Below are positions 13,605-27,247 of a stretch of DNA of 64,000 nucleotides, piece by piece; within the stretch, counting starts at the first letter, position 1; each line of letters starts with the position of its first letter. The position numbers were made by a program, and so were the translations under genes. The notes under the pieces are model-generated. The model saw nothing but the letters and a program-made list of their open reading frames with translations. It was not told the DNA's origin and ran no database searches. The stretch is from assembly GCA_951406725.2 (NCBI GenBank), contig OX597825.1, positions 39,618,001-39,682,000 of the forward strand, given 5' to 3'. The stretch comes from Octopus vulgaris (lineage: Eukaryota).

Positions 13605-14160
13605 AAAATAGTAAAAAGTGAAAAAACTACAGAAGGCTTGTTTTAAAAGGTTAAAAAATATATATTTGTGTCATTATGTCTGAAGAATGTTATAAATTTT
13701 GTTCATACAATGCCATAGTTTTTGAAGAAATGACCGGTTTCCCGTTCAGCTTTTCAAATTTTTTACATCGGTATGTTTATGTTGAGAAGTGTGAAGAGAG
13801 TTCCAGATAAGGGGAGGTAATAAGTGATTTCTTCTGGTGTAAGGGACGTAATCGCTTAATATTTCTTGCCTTTTTTCTGGAGTGAGTTTCTCTGTATAAG
13901 AATGTTGGAATCGTTAAGTTTGGGCTTGTATTTTTCAATGAAGAATGTTTCCTTGTTTAGTCTAATTTGTGTTGGTGTTCCGATAGCACATTGGTAAAAT
14001 GGAAAGATTAAAAGTTGTGGTAGTAGTTGCTTTGCGCATTTCTCAATGTGCTCAGTAAAGGGTATCATTCTGTATTCTGGGAATGCAATCTGTTGTCGAT
14101 GCAGTGTGCATCTACGTCTGAGTGATAGTCCCGTGGACCCCATGTAGTTTTGGTGGCAAT
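13605..14160 (-). mobile_element. Penelope-like 3' end (GIY-YIG C-terminus plus terminal repeat), inverted relative to the adjacent body
   Basis: ORF 13856-14143 reads (YM)GSTGLSLRRRCTLHRQQI...EH...KETFFIEKYKPKLN. It is a near-identical inverted copy of 15345-15700. Confidence 0.85.
13725..13763 (-). ncRNA. Minimal hammerhead motif, U3-A8 variant (helix II mutated)
   Basis: Minus strand reads AAAAAT-TTGAAAA-GC tgaac GG-GAAA-CCGG-TC-ATTTCT. Confidence 0.6.
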
Positions 14161-14164
14161 AATT

Positions 14165-15293
14165 GTGAAACCTAACAATGGGCTACCTGGAAATAATCAT
14201 TTACCAGGAATCTTTATCAATCTTTGGAAACCCCCTCTCTCAATACATAAAAGAGAATTGGAAACGATTCCTGGACGATTGTTTTATACTCTGGAATGAA
14301 AACACAGATAAACTCCTAAAATTCAAAAACCTATTGAACAGCACAAACCCAAATATACAGTTCACAATGGAATCCAAAAAAAGAGCGCCCATTTTTGGAT
14401 ATACTAATTTAAAAAATTAACCTTAAAATAGAAACAGACATTTTTTACCAAGCCACAGACGCCAAACAATACCTACTTTTTGATTCATGCCACCCAAGAT
14501 ACATTAACACACACATCCCCTTCAACCTTGCAAGAAGGATATGCACAATAGTGTCAGAACAAAATACCAGGAACTTTAGACTGCAAGAACTCAAAAACAC
14601 CCTAATTGACAGACATTACCCAGCTCAACTCATAGAGGATGGGATCAGACGTGCAACAGAAATTGACATAGAAACTTTAAGAAAAGTTCAACACAACAAC
14701 ACACATTCCCCGAAAATACTACCTTACATATCCACATACAACCCCAGAAACATAGAAGCCTTCACCATCATCACCCAGAATTTACCAATACTTCATAAGG
14801 ACCCCAAATTAAAGGAAATTCTAAACATACACCAAATCATTAAAAGCTACAAACAACCTAAATCACTTAAAAAGATTCTCACAAAGGCAAAATTGTTTTC
14901 TGAAATTACGGATACAAAAGTTCAAAAATGTGGTAGACTGAACTGTGCAACATGTCCAAACATGCTGAAGGATCAGAATTCACTCTTCAATGTCATGGAA
15001 AGACAGAAATTCACTAGTATCATAACTTTACTTGTGCCTTTCTCCTTTTTGAAAACATAATTTCATGTCATAAAACTGCTCGGGTCATGCCACTAGAATG
15101 AATCGACATGTGGGGTCCACGGATACTATGCGTTTACTTTTCTTTAGGTCTAGTAGATGCACACTTTGCCGAATCGACAACAGATTGCATTCCCAGAATA
15201 CAGAATGAACACCGCTCGTAGTGAGACACACACATTGACGTAAAAACTGCGCACACAGCACACACACACATATACACAATATATATATATATC

Positions 15294-15327
<34 letters not shown>

Positions 15328-15736
15328 GATACACACAACACAAATTTAGACTAAACAAGGAAACATTCTTCATTGAAAAATACACACACAAACACACACG
15401 ATTCCAACATTCTTGTACAGAGAAACTCACTAAAAAAAAAAGGCAAGACATATTAAGCGATTACGTCCCTTACACCGGAAGAAATCACTTATTACCTCTG
15501 GAACTCTCCTCACACTTCTCAACGTAAACATAACGATGTAAGAAATTTGAAAAGCTGAACGCGAAACCGGTCATTTCTTCAAAAACTATGTCATTGTATG
15601 AAATTTATAACATTCTTCTGACATAATGACTCAAATATATATTTTTTAACCTTTTAAAACAAGCCTTCTGTAGTTTTTTCACTTTTTACTATTTTCTATA
15701 TATTCAACCACGTGTTTTCACACACCAACTTTCTCA

Positions 15737-15740
<4 letters not shown>
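14165..15740 (+). mobile_element. Penelope-like retroelement, 5'-truncated (RT C-terminal half, linker, 3' terminal repeat)
   Basis: Motifs WKRFLDDCFILW, NPNIQFTME, SCHP..IPFNLARRICTIVSE, PYISTYNP and CGRLNCATC are typical of PLE RT and the pre-GIY-YIG linker. The frame is disrupted. Confidence 0.9.
15540..15579 (+). ncRNA. Minimal type I hammerhead ribozyme, U3-A8 core variant
   Basis: AAGAAAT-TTGAAAA-GC tgaac GC-GAAA-CCGG-TC^ATTTCTT has a 7-bp helix I, a 2-bp helix II, palindromic helix III ACCGGT and a GUC site. It lies in a Penelope terminal repeat. Confidence 0.75.
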
Positions 15741-15774
<34 letters not shown>

Positions 15775-16687
15775 ATGAGCTTCTTTTCGTTTCCTAGTTT
15801 CTGTCAACCAAACCCACTCAGAAGACTTTGGTCAACCCGAGGCAATAGTAAAAACATATGCCTAAATTTTTGTGTTTGTGAATGTGTGCTTGGTGAGTGT
15901 GTGTATATATACATACATGCATAAATACGTACATATACGTACGTGTTAATTTTACTATTTCCTTGTATAAGGACGTTCAAGCTTTCACATGCTTCAGCTC
16001 TTTTTATTTTTCTTTAACATTTTCTGCGAAAGGTAAATTATACATCTTAGCAATGAAGAATTAGATGCCTTTGTTATAGTTTGTGATATTTTGAGACTAT
16101 CTAAGCGGCGAATAAATCGTAACATCTTTGATATCCATATACCGGAGAGGAAAAAGCATTTAGAGATGCTTGTTTAGAAAATCGTCAATTACAGATTTAT
16201 TACATCGTTGGATAAAAAGTGCATTAGCATGTATACCTTTTCTGAGTATATGTACTAAACATCACTTTGTAATGGATTTGCTTCTTGCAATTTCCTAACA
16301 GGGCATTATACGTAAATACGCATATATACAGAGTATAAGCACATAGAAGCAAATTATGAGATTATGCTGAACTAGTACGCGAAAAACTCCACTATGTAAA
16401 CACATTTATGACATTTTCGTTCAAACGAAGTATAAGAAGCTAGGAATAAATTTGGTTATACTTTTATAGTCATCTTTACCTAATGACTTTCTTCTGTTAA
16501 AGACATTTCTGCTAGGGTACTCATTCAAACTGCTTATACTCTTGTTGAAACAATTGCACTTTCTTTTTGTGTCTTAGATTGTTAAACCCAAATATATGAC
16601 CAGTTTACTTTTCTATTTTAGGTAGGGGCTTATCTACGAGCGGCAAACATTACGTAGGCATACATGTATGCACACACAATATATATG

Positions 16688-16787
<100 letters not shown>

Positions 16788-16849
16788 AGGAGAAAGAGAG
16801 AGAGAAAGGGACAAAGGGAGAGATAGAAAGAAAGAGTGGAAAATACAGA

Positions 16850-17017
16850 GAGAGGGAGCACTGAGAAGTTCCTCGCTTGGGTTAAAGGAGATACAGGATG
16901 ATCAATTAATAATGATTTTAATCAACATTTTCCCTTTCAATTTTACTCAGCCCTATAAAATGACTCGAAATGACTCGCGATACCCTTAAAGCCAGGATAT
17001 TTTCAGTGGCCCCCTCG
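16850..17017. mobile_element. Mariner-type MITE
   Basis: Imperfect TIRs (gagggagcactgagaagttcctcgctt / aagccaggatattttcagtggccccctcg) followed by TA. Confidence 0.6.
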
Positions 17018-17471
17018 TATACTTGTTATATCCATAAACACAACACATTTATGAGAGATATTATCGGAGGAATAATACAGCCGGAAATAGATGCATTGTT
17101 ATTTTAATGTAAAGCTGCTTTTGTAGCATATAATGGATTTTATTCAGCAAAGCGGTAGTTGGCAACACCCGTGAATATTTATTCTCAATTTTGTTATATA
17201 CCGGTGGGGACATGTTTCGCCTAACGATGCGGTCTTATGTGAGTAACCTTTATTGACAGTATTCAGTAGGAAGAATGCATTTGGCGATTTCACTACCTTT
17301 TGCGTGAATGATTTTCTTTTCTTTGCGATCTATATTGAGTTTCCGAACAGAGCAGGCCTTTACGAGTCATTTTTTTCGAGCAGAATACCGATATAAATTG
17401 CCGTTCACGATGTATTTACATTATGTATGATACTCAGATGAATATATATAAACATATAACACCTCCCCCCA

Positions 17472-17526
<55 letters not shown>

Positions 17527-18099
17527 CAAATTCATACACATATATTCATATACACATACATACACATACATATGCATGTGTGTGTTTGTGCATTATGAAT
17601 ATTCTTCTTAGGCACTTTTCGAAAATCATTTCGGGTTAGCGAAGGAATGCATATTGTCATGGATTTGTGACATGATGACCTTTCTTTTTACATGCACATA
17701 ACATTAATCATGTGTGAATTGATTATATCTGCTCTCACATATGTTAGAAAGTTTTTTTTCTGCAATCTTTGTAATCCGTGATTTCTTTAACCTTCAATTC
17801 ATAGATTTCAGAAATCTTATGGAACTTGAAAATATGTACATTGATTGTAATTCATGAGTGTGAGTAAATGTAGAAGCATAAATGTTCCCATTAGCCCTGT
17901 ATCACCATTGATCGAGTGCATTGTTGTATGTAGACGTTGTCACCTTAATAGTGTCGTATATCTCTGAAATTGACTTCATCGGCACTACCCTAAGATTAAA
18001 AGAAGCGGTGACAGACGGAAAGAATAACCAGGAACAATCCTTGGAAAATTTGGCGAGGTATATCCACGTCGTTCAACAGTATTGCAAATTGCTTGACAG

Positions 18100-18850
18100 A
18101 AACACTATTTAAATTGCTCTGCTTCAGTCCAGATCACTAGTTGGACAAGGACGTGGGTGGATCTCAGGGCGTCGCCAGGAATTAGTGAGATGATCTCTTA
18201 GAAGGAATTTCGGGGGAAATCTGGGCGCTGGCAAGGTTCAATTAGATCATCTTTTAAGAGGAATTTCGGGCTGGGAGCTAGATATAATTTCCAAAAGACC
18301 CTGGATTGGCAGTGGATAAAATGGGGTCTGTCGCGTTCGCCACAAACACGGAAGTGTTTTTATACAAGCCGCTCAGAGATATGTGCCCGGCTATATATAA
18401 CCGTCATACAGCATGCACTCTTCAAGTGTTCAGGCATTACTGCCTTGTGGAGCTTTGTCGAAGATCATTACACCTCTTTTGGCTGGGACGGTCAAGCCGT
18501 TTTCTTCTGCCTAGTGGCTATGCCGAAAGAGGTGATGCGGTACACGAGTTTCAAATTATTGAAAACTGACACCTTCCACTTCGGCCAAGGTGTCATCGGC
18601 TTTTCCATGTCTAACTTGAAAGGAGGCAGAGGAGAGGGCTCACCCAGTACTTTTGTTAAATCTTGGGGGAATGTTGTGAAGATGACCCATGTGAATGCGT
18701 CTAATTTGAGCATGCGTCAGAAGGCCGGAGAGAATGCAAAGGAGAGGAATACATGTCCGTGGTGCTCGTTCGATTATCTTTTACCGTTCGTGTTGCCCAG
18801 GGTCAGTTGCCCTTGAAAGAAGCTTCTTCAACTTAAGGAATATTATTGTT
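18100..18850 (+). mobile_element. Degenerate 3' fragment of an L1/Tx1-like LINE ORF2
   Basis: TVIQHALFKCSGITALWSFVE resembles the H..C half of a C-terminal zinc knuckle. It is followed by GQAVFFCLVAMPKEV. Confidence 0.5.
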
Positions 18851-18979
18851 CGAATTTTTACTGTTGTTACTAAATTTTTAAATATTTGTACGCACGATTT
18901 GCAAATAGTCAACAACATTCGTCTGTGTGTATGGCTACTTGTTTTTATGAGCAGCCCCCTCCAACCAATAAATAAATGA

Positions 18980-19112
18980 TTCTTCTTCTTCTTCTTCTTT
19001 TTTTTTTTTCTTCTTCTTCTTCTTCTTCTTCTTCTTCTTCTTCTTCTTCTTCTTCTTCTTCTTCTTCTTCTTCAACTACCTCTTCTCGTTATTATTATAA
19101 TTATCATTGTTG

Positions 19113-19165
<53 letters not shown>

Positions 19166-19177
19166 ATTATTATTATT
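18980..19177. repeat. (CTT)n followed by (TAT)n microsatellite
   Basis: Directly visible. Confidence 0.95.
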
Positions 19178-21577
19178 CAGTAGTTTTATTTTTATACCGT
19201 GCTTTCACTTCACTACCGAGCGCAGCTCTGTGTGCCTTGAGTATGTGCTGTGATTTGTTGTGATGCTCTGGTGGTTATTGTATGGAAAGTGCTCTGCGTA
19301 GGATGTGTGCAGTGCCTAGTAGTGCAATTTTCTATATTTTATATGTGTTAGTAAGTCCTGGTAATTTTGTCATGTATTTGTCTGAGTATTTTTTTTATCA
19401 TGACTAATGCACCTACTATGATAGGAATTGTTTCTGATTTTAGATTCCACATTCTGATTACCTCTATTTCCAGGTCTTGGTATTTTAAGAGTTTCTCCAT
19501 TTCTTTTAGAGACACGTTGTCATCTGCCTGTATTTTTACGTCAATTAGAAAGCATTTTTTTCTTCATGATCTCTGACAACTATAAGTGGTCTGTTGGCCT
19601 TAATTTATCTATCTGTGTGTATCGGCATATCCCAGAGTATGGTTGCTTTCTCGTTTTCTGTGACCTTTACTGGTGTGTGCCTATACCATCTTTTTTCTGT
19701 TGTTATTCCATAATGTTGGCATAGCTTCCAATATATGTAGGTTCCAACTCTGTCATGTCTGTGAATATATTGCTTCTTAGCCAGGACTGGGCAGCTAGAG
19801 ATAATATGATTTATTGTTTCTTGTCCATCTCCACATATACTGCAGTTACTTGTTGTATTTCTTTTCATTACATAATTTTGGAAATTTCTGGTGGGAAGGC
19901 TTTGGTCTTGTGCTGCAATTAAAAATTTCTCTGTTCCTGCTTTGAGTCCTGAGCTTCCCAACCATTGCTGGGATTTTTCTTTGTCTATTTCTTTTGCGTT
20001 TACTTTAGTCCAGTATTTACTATGAAGGGGCTTTTCTTGCCATCGTTTTATCATGGTTCGTTGCTGTTTTATTTTTAGTTTGGATTTCATTTGTTTTATA
20101 GCTTTTGTTGTTTCTTCTTCTTCTTCTTTTCTTCTTCTTCTTCTTCTTCTTCTTCTTCTTCTTCTTCTTCTTCTTCTTCTTCTTCTTCTTCTTCTTCTTC
20201 TTCTTCTTCTTTCTATTTGTTAGGTGGTATGAATTCTTGTTTCTATTTGTCAGCTTCTTTAAATACTGAGAACAGTGTTTTGTTTTGCTCGTGTTTTGCC
20301 GCTATTTGTATCAGTTTACATTCCTTCTGAAGTAGATATTTTTACAGTCCTGTGGTGGTTATTTTATAATGGTTTTCCAGCTGTATAATGCCCCTACCAC
20401 CTTCTATACGTTGTATAGATAGCTTTTCTATGTCAGATGATGCATCCTAGATCCTGTCATTATTTTTCTGGTTTTCCTATCTATTTTAGTCAGTTCATTT
20501 AATGACCAGTTAAGGATATTGTAGCGGTAACTTATAACTGGGACAGCTAAAGTGTTAATACCTATTATCTTGTTTTTAGCATTGAGCTATGTTTTTAATA
20601 TTGATCTAACTCGTCTATAATATTCTTTTTTTATTTTCTCTTTCATTTGTGTGTGTTGTGTCTTATCTAGTTCATGGATTCCTAAGTATTTGTAAGTTTG
20701 GCTTTCGTCTAATTCTTTTATTTCATTGGTTTTATCTAGTGTGATGTTGCTACTCTTAACTAGTTTTCCTCTTTTTAGGGTTACTTTGGCGCATTTTTCT
20801 AATCCAAATTTCACATCTATTTCTTTGGTAAATCCATGAACTGTCTTTAATAGTGTTTCCAGCTGTTTGTCATTTGCAGCGTATAGTTTTAGGTCATCCA
20901 TATATTAAAGGTGGCTGATCGTTTTGCCGTAACATTTATATCCGCATCCAGTTCTATTTAGTATATCAGATAGGGTTGACAGTGTCAAGCAGAAAAGGAG
21001 TGGAGAGAGCGTCTCCCTGGAATATTCCTCGTCTAATGAGGATGTCTTTGGTTTTCATGAGTCCCTCTTTTGTTTGGAGCTGTAGCACTGTTTGCCATTT
21101 ATTCATAGAGTGCCCTATGAATTTCATGATTGTTGGTGCTACTTTGGTAATGGCTAGTGTTTCGAGGATCCATGTGTGGTGGATGCTATCAATTTTGTAG
21201 TCGATCCAGGCCATACTGAGGCCTTTCTTCTTTCTGTGGCTGTCTTCAATTATGGCTTTATTAATCATTAGTTGATCTTTACAGCCATATGAGCCTTTGC
21301 GGCATCCTTTCTGCTCTTCTGGGAACAGTTTGTTTTCGTGCAGGTGCTTGTTCAACCTTTGCGATATCACTGCAGTAAATACCTTGAACATAGTAAGGAG
21401 GCAGGTTATTGGTCTGTAGTGCTCTGGTTTTGCTGTCTCAATTGATTTGGGAATTAAGATGGTTTTCCCCTTCGTGAGCCATTCAGGCATTGTCTCAGGC
21501 TCTGCTAGAATGTTGTTAAAGTTTTCAGCCAACTTTTTGTGCATTCTTGTTAGATATTTCAACCAGTAGTTGGGGAT
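19178..21577 (-). mobile_element. R4/Dong-like non-LTR retrotransposon (RT, CCHC, restriction-like endonuclease), 5'-truncated and frameshifted
   Basis: RT motifs YRPITCL, EEQKGCRKG, GIFQGDALS and YMDDLKLY; CxxC...HIISSC zinc knuckle; RHDRV and WDMPIHTDR RLE motifs. Both ends abut (TAA)n. Confidence 0.9.
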
Positions 21578-21609
21578 CTTATTATTATTATTATCTTTAT
21601 TAATATTAT

Positions 21610-22414
21610 TATTCTATGTTTGACTTTTGCTTTATATTTGTACAAGTTTGCTCTAAGTCTCACCCAGATACCTCAAGAGACAACAGGGTTGGAAGTTCAT
21701 GTTGTTGTTATGCCTAGTGTGCCATATATTTGGGGGGTGGGGGTGTTGTACTGATGAATGTCTAAAAAAAGTTTGTTTTTTTTAAACCGAAAATTATGAT
21801 TCTTTTAAACCTTGAGATTACATAGAAAGTATTTTGCGTAGGATATGAGCAGTTCCCATGAGCACTATCTTTTGAATTTCTGCCATTTTTGGGTTTCCTG
21901 GTATCTGAGTTAGGTAGCTATCAGCCCCTTTTGCTATCATTCCCAGGGCACCTATGACAACAGGTATTGTTTTAGTCTTCAGGTTCCACATTTTGCTGAT
22001 TTCTATTTCAAGATCTTTATATTTGCTCAGTTTTTGCTAGGTCTTGACAGATACGTTTATATCTATTGGGACAGTCATATCAATGAGGAGGCATGTTCTT
22101 TGTTTGAAGTCTTTCAATATGATGTCTGGCCTATTTGCATCTATCTTTCTGTCAGTTTGAATGGTGAAGTTCCAGAGGAGTGAGATGTGGTCATTTTCAA
22201 GCACTGGGGGTGGTTTGTGTTCCCACCATTTTATTTTCATGGGGCAAATCCAGGTTTTTACAGATTACCCAGTGAATATATTGGGCAGCTCTATCGTGCC
22301 TGTTGAGATACTCTGTAGGCGCTAGATGACTGCTCTTGGAGACCACATGGTCAATGGTTTCATTTTGTTGCTTGCATACACGACACGTTGGACTGCTTCT
22401 GATCTTTAATATGT
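21610..22414 (-). mobile_element. R4/Dong-like LINE 3' fragment, second subfamily
   Basis: WNFTIQTDRKIDANRPDIILKD...LIDMTVP carries the RLE PD-(D/E) motif. The fragment is bounded by (TAA)n. Confidence 0.85.
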
Positions 22415-22427
22415 TATTATTATTATT

Positions 22428-22920
22428 ATTCAGTAGTTTTATTTTTATAGCGTGCTTTCACTTCACTACCGAGCACAGCTCTGTGTGCCTTGGGTATGTG
22501 CTGTGATTTGTTGTGATGCTCTGATTGTTATTGTATGGAAAGTGTTCTGCGTAGGATGTGTGCAGTGCCTAGTAGTGCAATTTTCTGTATGTTATATGTG
22601 TTTGTAAGTCCTGGTGTTTTTGTTATGTATTTGTCTGAATATATTTTTATCATGCCTAATGGACCTACTATGATAGGAATTGTTTCTGTTTTCAGATTCC
22701 ACATTCTACTGACCTCCATTTCCAGGTCTTTGTATTTTGAAAGTTTCTCCATTTCTTTTAGAGACACGTTGTCATCAGCCGGTATTGATACATCAATTAG
22801 AAAGCATTTTTTTTTTCTTCATGATCTCTGACAACTATATCTGGTCTGTTGGCCTTAATTTCTCTATCTGTGTGTATCGGCATATCCCAGAGTATGGTTG
22901 CTTTCTCGTTTTCTGTGACC

Positions 22921-22921
<1 letters not shown>
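22428..22921 (-). mobile_element. R4/Dong-like LINE 3' fragment
   Basis: Encodes KEMEKLSKYKDL...RMWNLKTETIPIIVG and has the same 3' UTR as the copy ending at 19178. It sits in (TAA)n. Confidence 0.9.
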
Positions 22922-22959
<38 letters not shown>

Positions 22960-22973
22960 CATTATGATTATTA

Positions 22974-23008
<35 letters not shown>

Positions 23009-23247
23009 GAGTGAGAGAGCAGTTCATGCCATCAAAGTGACACTGGGGTAAAATATACGAAGCCCAATATACCCATCATGACTACCCGTCTGATAAAGGT
23101 ACACCAGGCACATGCATCACAACCATATGTGCGCGACATGGTGATCTATTTTGACCTTGCAGGTGGGGCCCAGTTAGAATTTTCTTCAGGTTGAGTAGCC
23201 CATCCCGTTATCATTTATTTCAAACCCCATGGCTATATCATTTTGCT

Positions 23248-23590
<343 letters not shown>

Positions 23591-23791
23591 TTTATTTATT
23601 TCATCATTAACATAATCATCATCCCCTTCATGGTCCCAATATGGAAGCATTTATATCGATATATCAAATGTGTTTTACAAGGATTATATTCCACGTAAGC
23701 TGAATGTGTATTATACATACATGACTAATTGAAAAACACAATATTCGTTTCGTGTGCTATCACGTAATTATTTATTTATTTACGTCTTCCT

Positions 23792-23887
<96 letters not shown>

Positions 23888-23951
23888 ATTTTAATTATTA
23901 TTATTATCATTCAGTTATTATTATTATCATTATTATTATCATTTTTATTAT

Positions 23952-24623
23952 TATGTGCCTTGGGTATGTGCTGTGATTTGTTGTGATGCTCTGATGGTTA
24001 TTGTATGGAAAGTGTTCTGCGTAGGATGTGTGCAGTGCCTAGTAGTGCAATTTTCTGTATGTTATATGTGTTTGTAAGTCCTGGTGTTTTTGTTATGTAT
24101 TTGTCTGAATATTTTTTTATCATGCCTAATGCACCTACTATGATAGGAATTGTTTCTGTTTTCAGATTCCACATTCTAGTTACCTCTATTTCCAGGTCTT
24201 TGTATTTTGAGAGTTTCTCCATTTCTTTTAGAGACACGTTGTCATCTGCCGGTACTGATACATCAATTAGAAAGCATTTTTTTTCTTCATAGTCTCTGAC
24301 AACTATATCTGGTCTGTTGGCCTTAATTTCTCTATCTGTGTGTATCGGCATATCCCAGAGTATGGTTGCTTTCTCGTTTTCTGTGACCTTTTCTGGTGTG
24401 TGCCTATACCATCTTTTTTCTGTTGTTATTCCATAATGTTGGCATAGCTTCCAATGTATGTAAGTTCCAACTCTGTCATGTCTGTGAATATATTCCTTCT
24501 TAGCCAGGACTGGGCAGGTAGAGATAATATGATTTATTGTTTCTTGTCCATCTCCACATATTCTGCAGTTACTTGTAATATTTCTTTTCATTACATGTTT
24601 TTGGTAATTTCTGGTGGGGAGGC
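23952..24623 (-). mobile_element. R4/Dong-like LINE 3' fragment with open CCHC + RLE domain
   Basis: ORF 23998-24639 reads CRICGDGQETINHIISTC, RHDRV, NRPDIV, LIDVSVP, KEMEK. It is flanked by (TAA)n. Confidence 0.92.
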
Positions 24624-25333
24624 TTATTATTATTATCATTTTTATTATTATTATTATTATTATTATTACTGTTCTTCTGACTCTACTTTATCTCCTTCTT
24701 CTTCTTCTCCTTCTTCTTCTTCTCCTTCTTCTTCTTCTCCTTATTATTATTATAATTATTATTGTTGTTGTTGTTGTTGTTCTTGTTGTTCTTTCTGTTA
24801 ACATCATCAGCATCGTCATCATCATCATTATTATTATTGTTATTATTACTCATTGTTAATCGCATTTAGCTTCCAGAATTTGTCACAATGTAGTTTTAAC
24901 AGAGTATAGATGTCTGTTGAAATGTTAAGCAATGTTAAATACAAATTTTCAACTCTGGATTGTTCAAATTTCTTTTCCAATATTGATATTAGAAGTTTGT
25001 ATTTGGATTTCCTGCATTGTTGGAAGATGATTTTTTTCCCTTTCTGACATTTACCGCTTTGCTTCGTATTTGTTCGCAGCTTTGTTCCTTTTGAATTTAT
25101 TTTCATCACATATATTTCGAACACATTTCAGTTTTATTGAAGTTCAACTGATGAAAATATTTGCTATAAGTAAACAACAAATGCAATGATTATTAATTTA
25201 GATAAATAAACCAGCATATATCGTTGTTTTGCAATAATTTTGCTAAACTTTTTACTTCGATGTGTATTTACAAATAAATATTATTTTGCCGATTAAGAGA
25301 ATATGTTGTAGTTTAAATAAAAATGTCAGAATG

Positions 25334-25379
<46 letters not shown>

Positions 25380-27208
25380 AACATGTATATATATATATAT
25401 GTATAAAAACATGTATATATATATATACATATATATATATACATATGTTTACATATACATGTATATATATATATTTACATATATATATATATGTATATAT
25501 ATATTTACATTTATATATATGTATATAAATATGTGTATATACATATATATATATATATATATGTGTGTGTGTATGTGAGTGTGTGTGTGTTTGTGTGTGT
25601 GTGTGTCTGCGTGTGTGCGATGGCTAATCAGATTGGTAGATAGATAGATAGATAGATAAATGTCTCAACAACCTTACTGCGTCGGTGGTTCTGCGGGTAA
25701 GAGAGCAATTATGACTCAACAATGACTCGAAGGTATGCTGCCTTGTTTCATTTATGCTGAAACATGTCCACCTGGATTAAACTTGTTTCTCAATCTGTGT
25801 AATATTTCTGCAGTATGAATTGATACAAAGTTACTACATTATATATGCTTGTGAAATATTTCCGCCAATTCTTTAAACTTGCACAGACAGTAATTTCTAA
25901 TATAGTGTAAACGACATTTGTACAAATCTTTACTGATTTCATTGCTTGTTTCCTTGATACACAAAATTCAAACGCTTTGAAATCTTAATACGGAAACAAA
26001 TTTCAAGAAGCTTTAAAATAAAATTATTTTTCCCCCCTTTTTTTAATGGAAACGTAATTCTGCTTTCAATGTGAAAATCTTATAAAACGATGGGAGTTTT
26101 AGAGATTACAAGTTCCGTTTAGAGTTATTAGGATCATTGATTACAACAATTCACAAACTATTCAGGTATCAAAGATAATTGATACTCTAATTGAAATAAT
26201 ACAATGAAAAAATTTATTGTTAGTCAGCTTGTTTTCTTATTGTATTAAATCTAGTATAATGCGATATGATTTGTTTACAATATTTGCAATTTAAACAACT
26301 GATGGTTTGAACCGTGTATTAAAACAAAGTTAATTTTTCTGTTCCGTTTAATCAAATAAAATGTTTTGGTACGCATGGAAACACCAAAATATGATTTTGG
26401 AATTTAGTAGATTGTTTTAAATAAAAGAGGACCTTAAGCTGCATTGAAGATTCTCTTTAATATTCAGCCTGTAAAAAGAGTGTGTTAGCCTATCAAAACC
26501 TACTCATCAGGTCTGCAACATATTAATCTCCAAGATTTTTCTTCTCAATATAGTGCATATATAAAACCCTCCCATGCAATTCTAGTGAAATCAGGATTAA
26601 GGGTTGTCTCAGAAACATGAATTTTAGAAAATATGCCTCTGAAAACGTATGTTTAATTTTTGCATCTTTGTATGTTGAGATATCTAATATAACCAAGCTG
26701 TGGGGAGCAAGTATTTACACGTTGCACTACTATTACTACTACAAAAGATTCAACGCTCTCAACCACGGATGACAGTTAACTGCTTTCCAACCCGATCAGC
26801 CAATCGCTCACAGTTATTTCTTTATAACAATGAGGTTGTCCACAGTTTGTATCTTGAGGGTTGGTTAGAATTTTTCCACAACAATAATGATGAAATAAGT
26901 AAGAAAATAGGATTACTTAGTATCCCATGTTTAATATTTTTGGTGTTAGTATGAAGTTTTATATAAGAAACTAATATATTATCTGTAGAAGCAGCAACAG
27001 TTTACCTTCCCACCTCTGAGCAATTCCTATTCATCAATTGAATTATACCACTGAGAAAATTCGATAAACTCTGAATCGATGAGGTTGCAGACTCCAGGCA
27101 TGATTTCCTTCTTCACTTCGGTTTATGAATTTTGACGTATATACATACATACACACACATACACACACAAACACGCACACATATATGTACACACACACAC
27201 ACACACAC

Positions 27209-27247
<39 letters not shown>

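Noticed and set aside
23008-23225. Ribozyme in the (TAA)-flanked insert containing CTGAAGA on the minus strand
   Set aside because: No downstream GAAA or helices in the right geometry; it is probably the UTR of another TAA-associated element.
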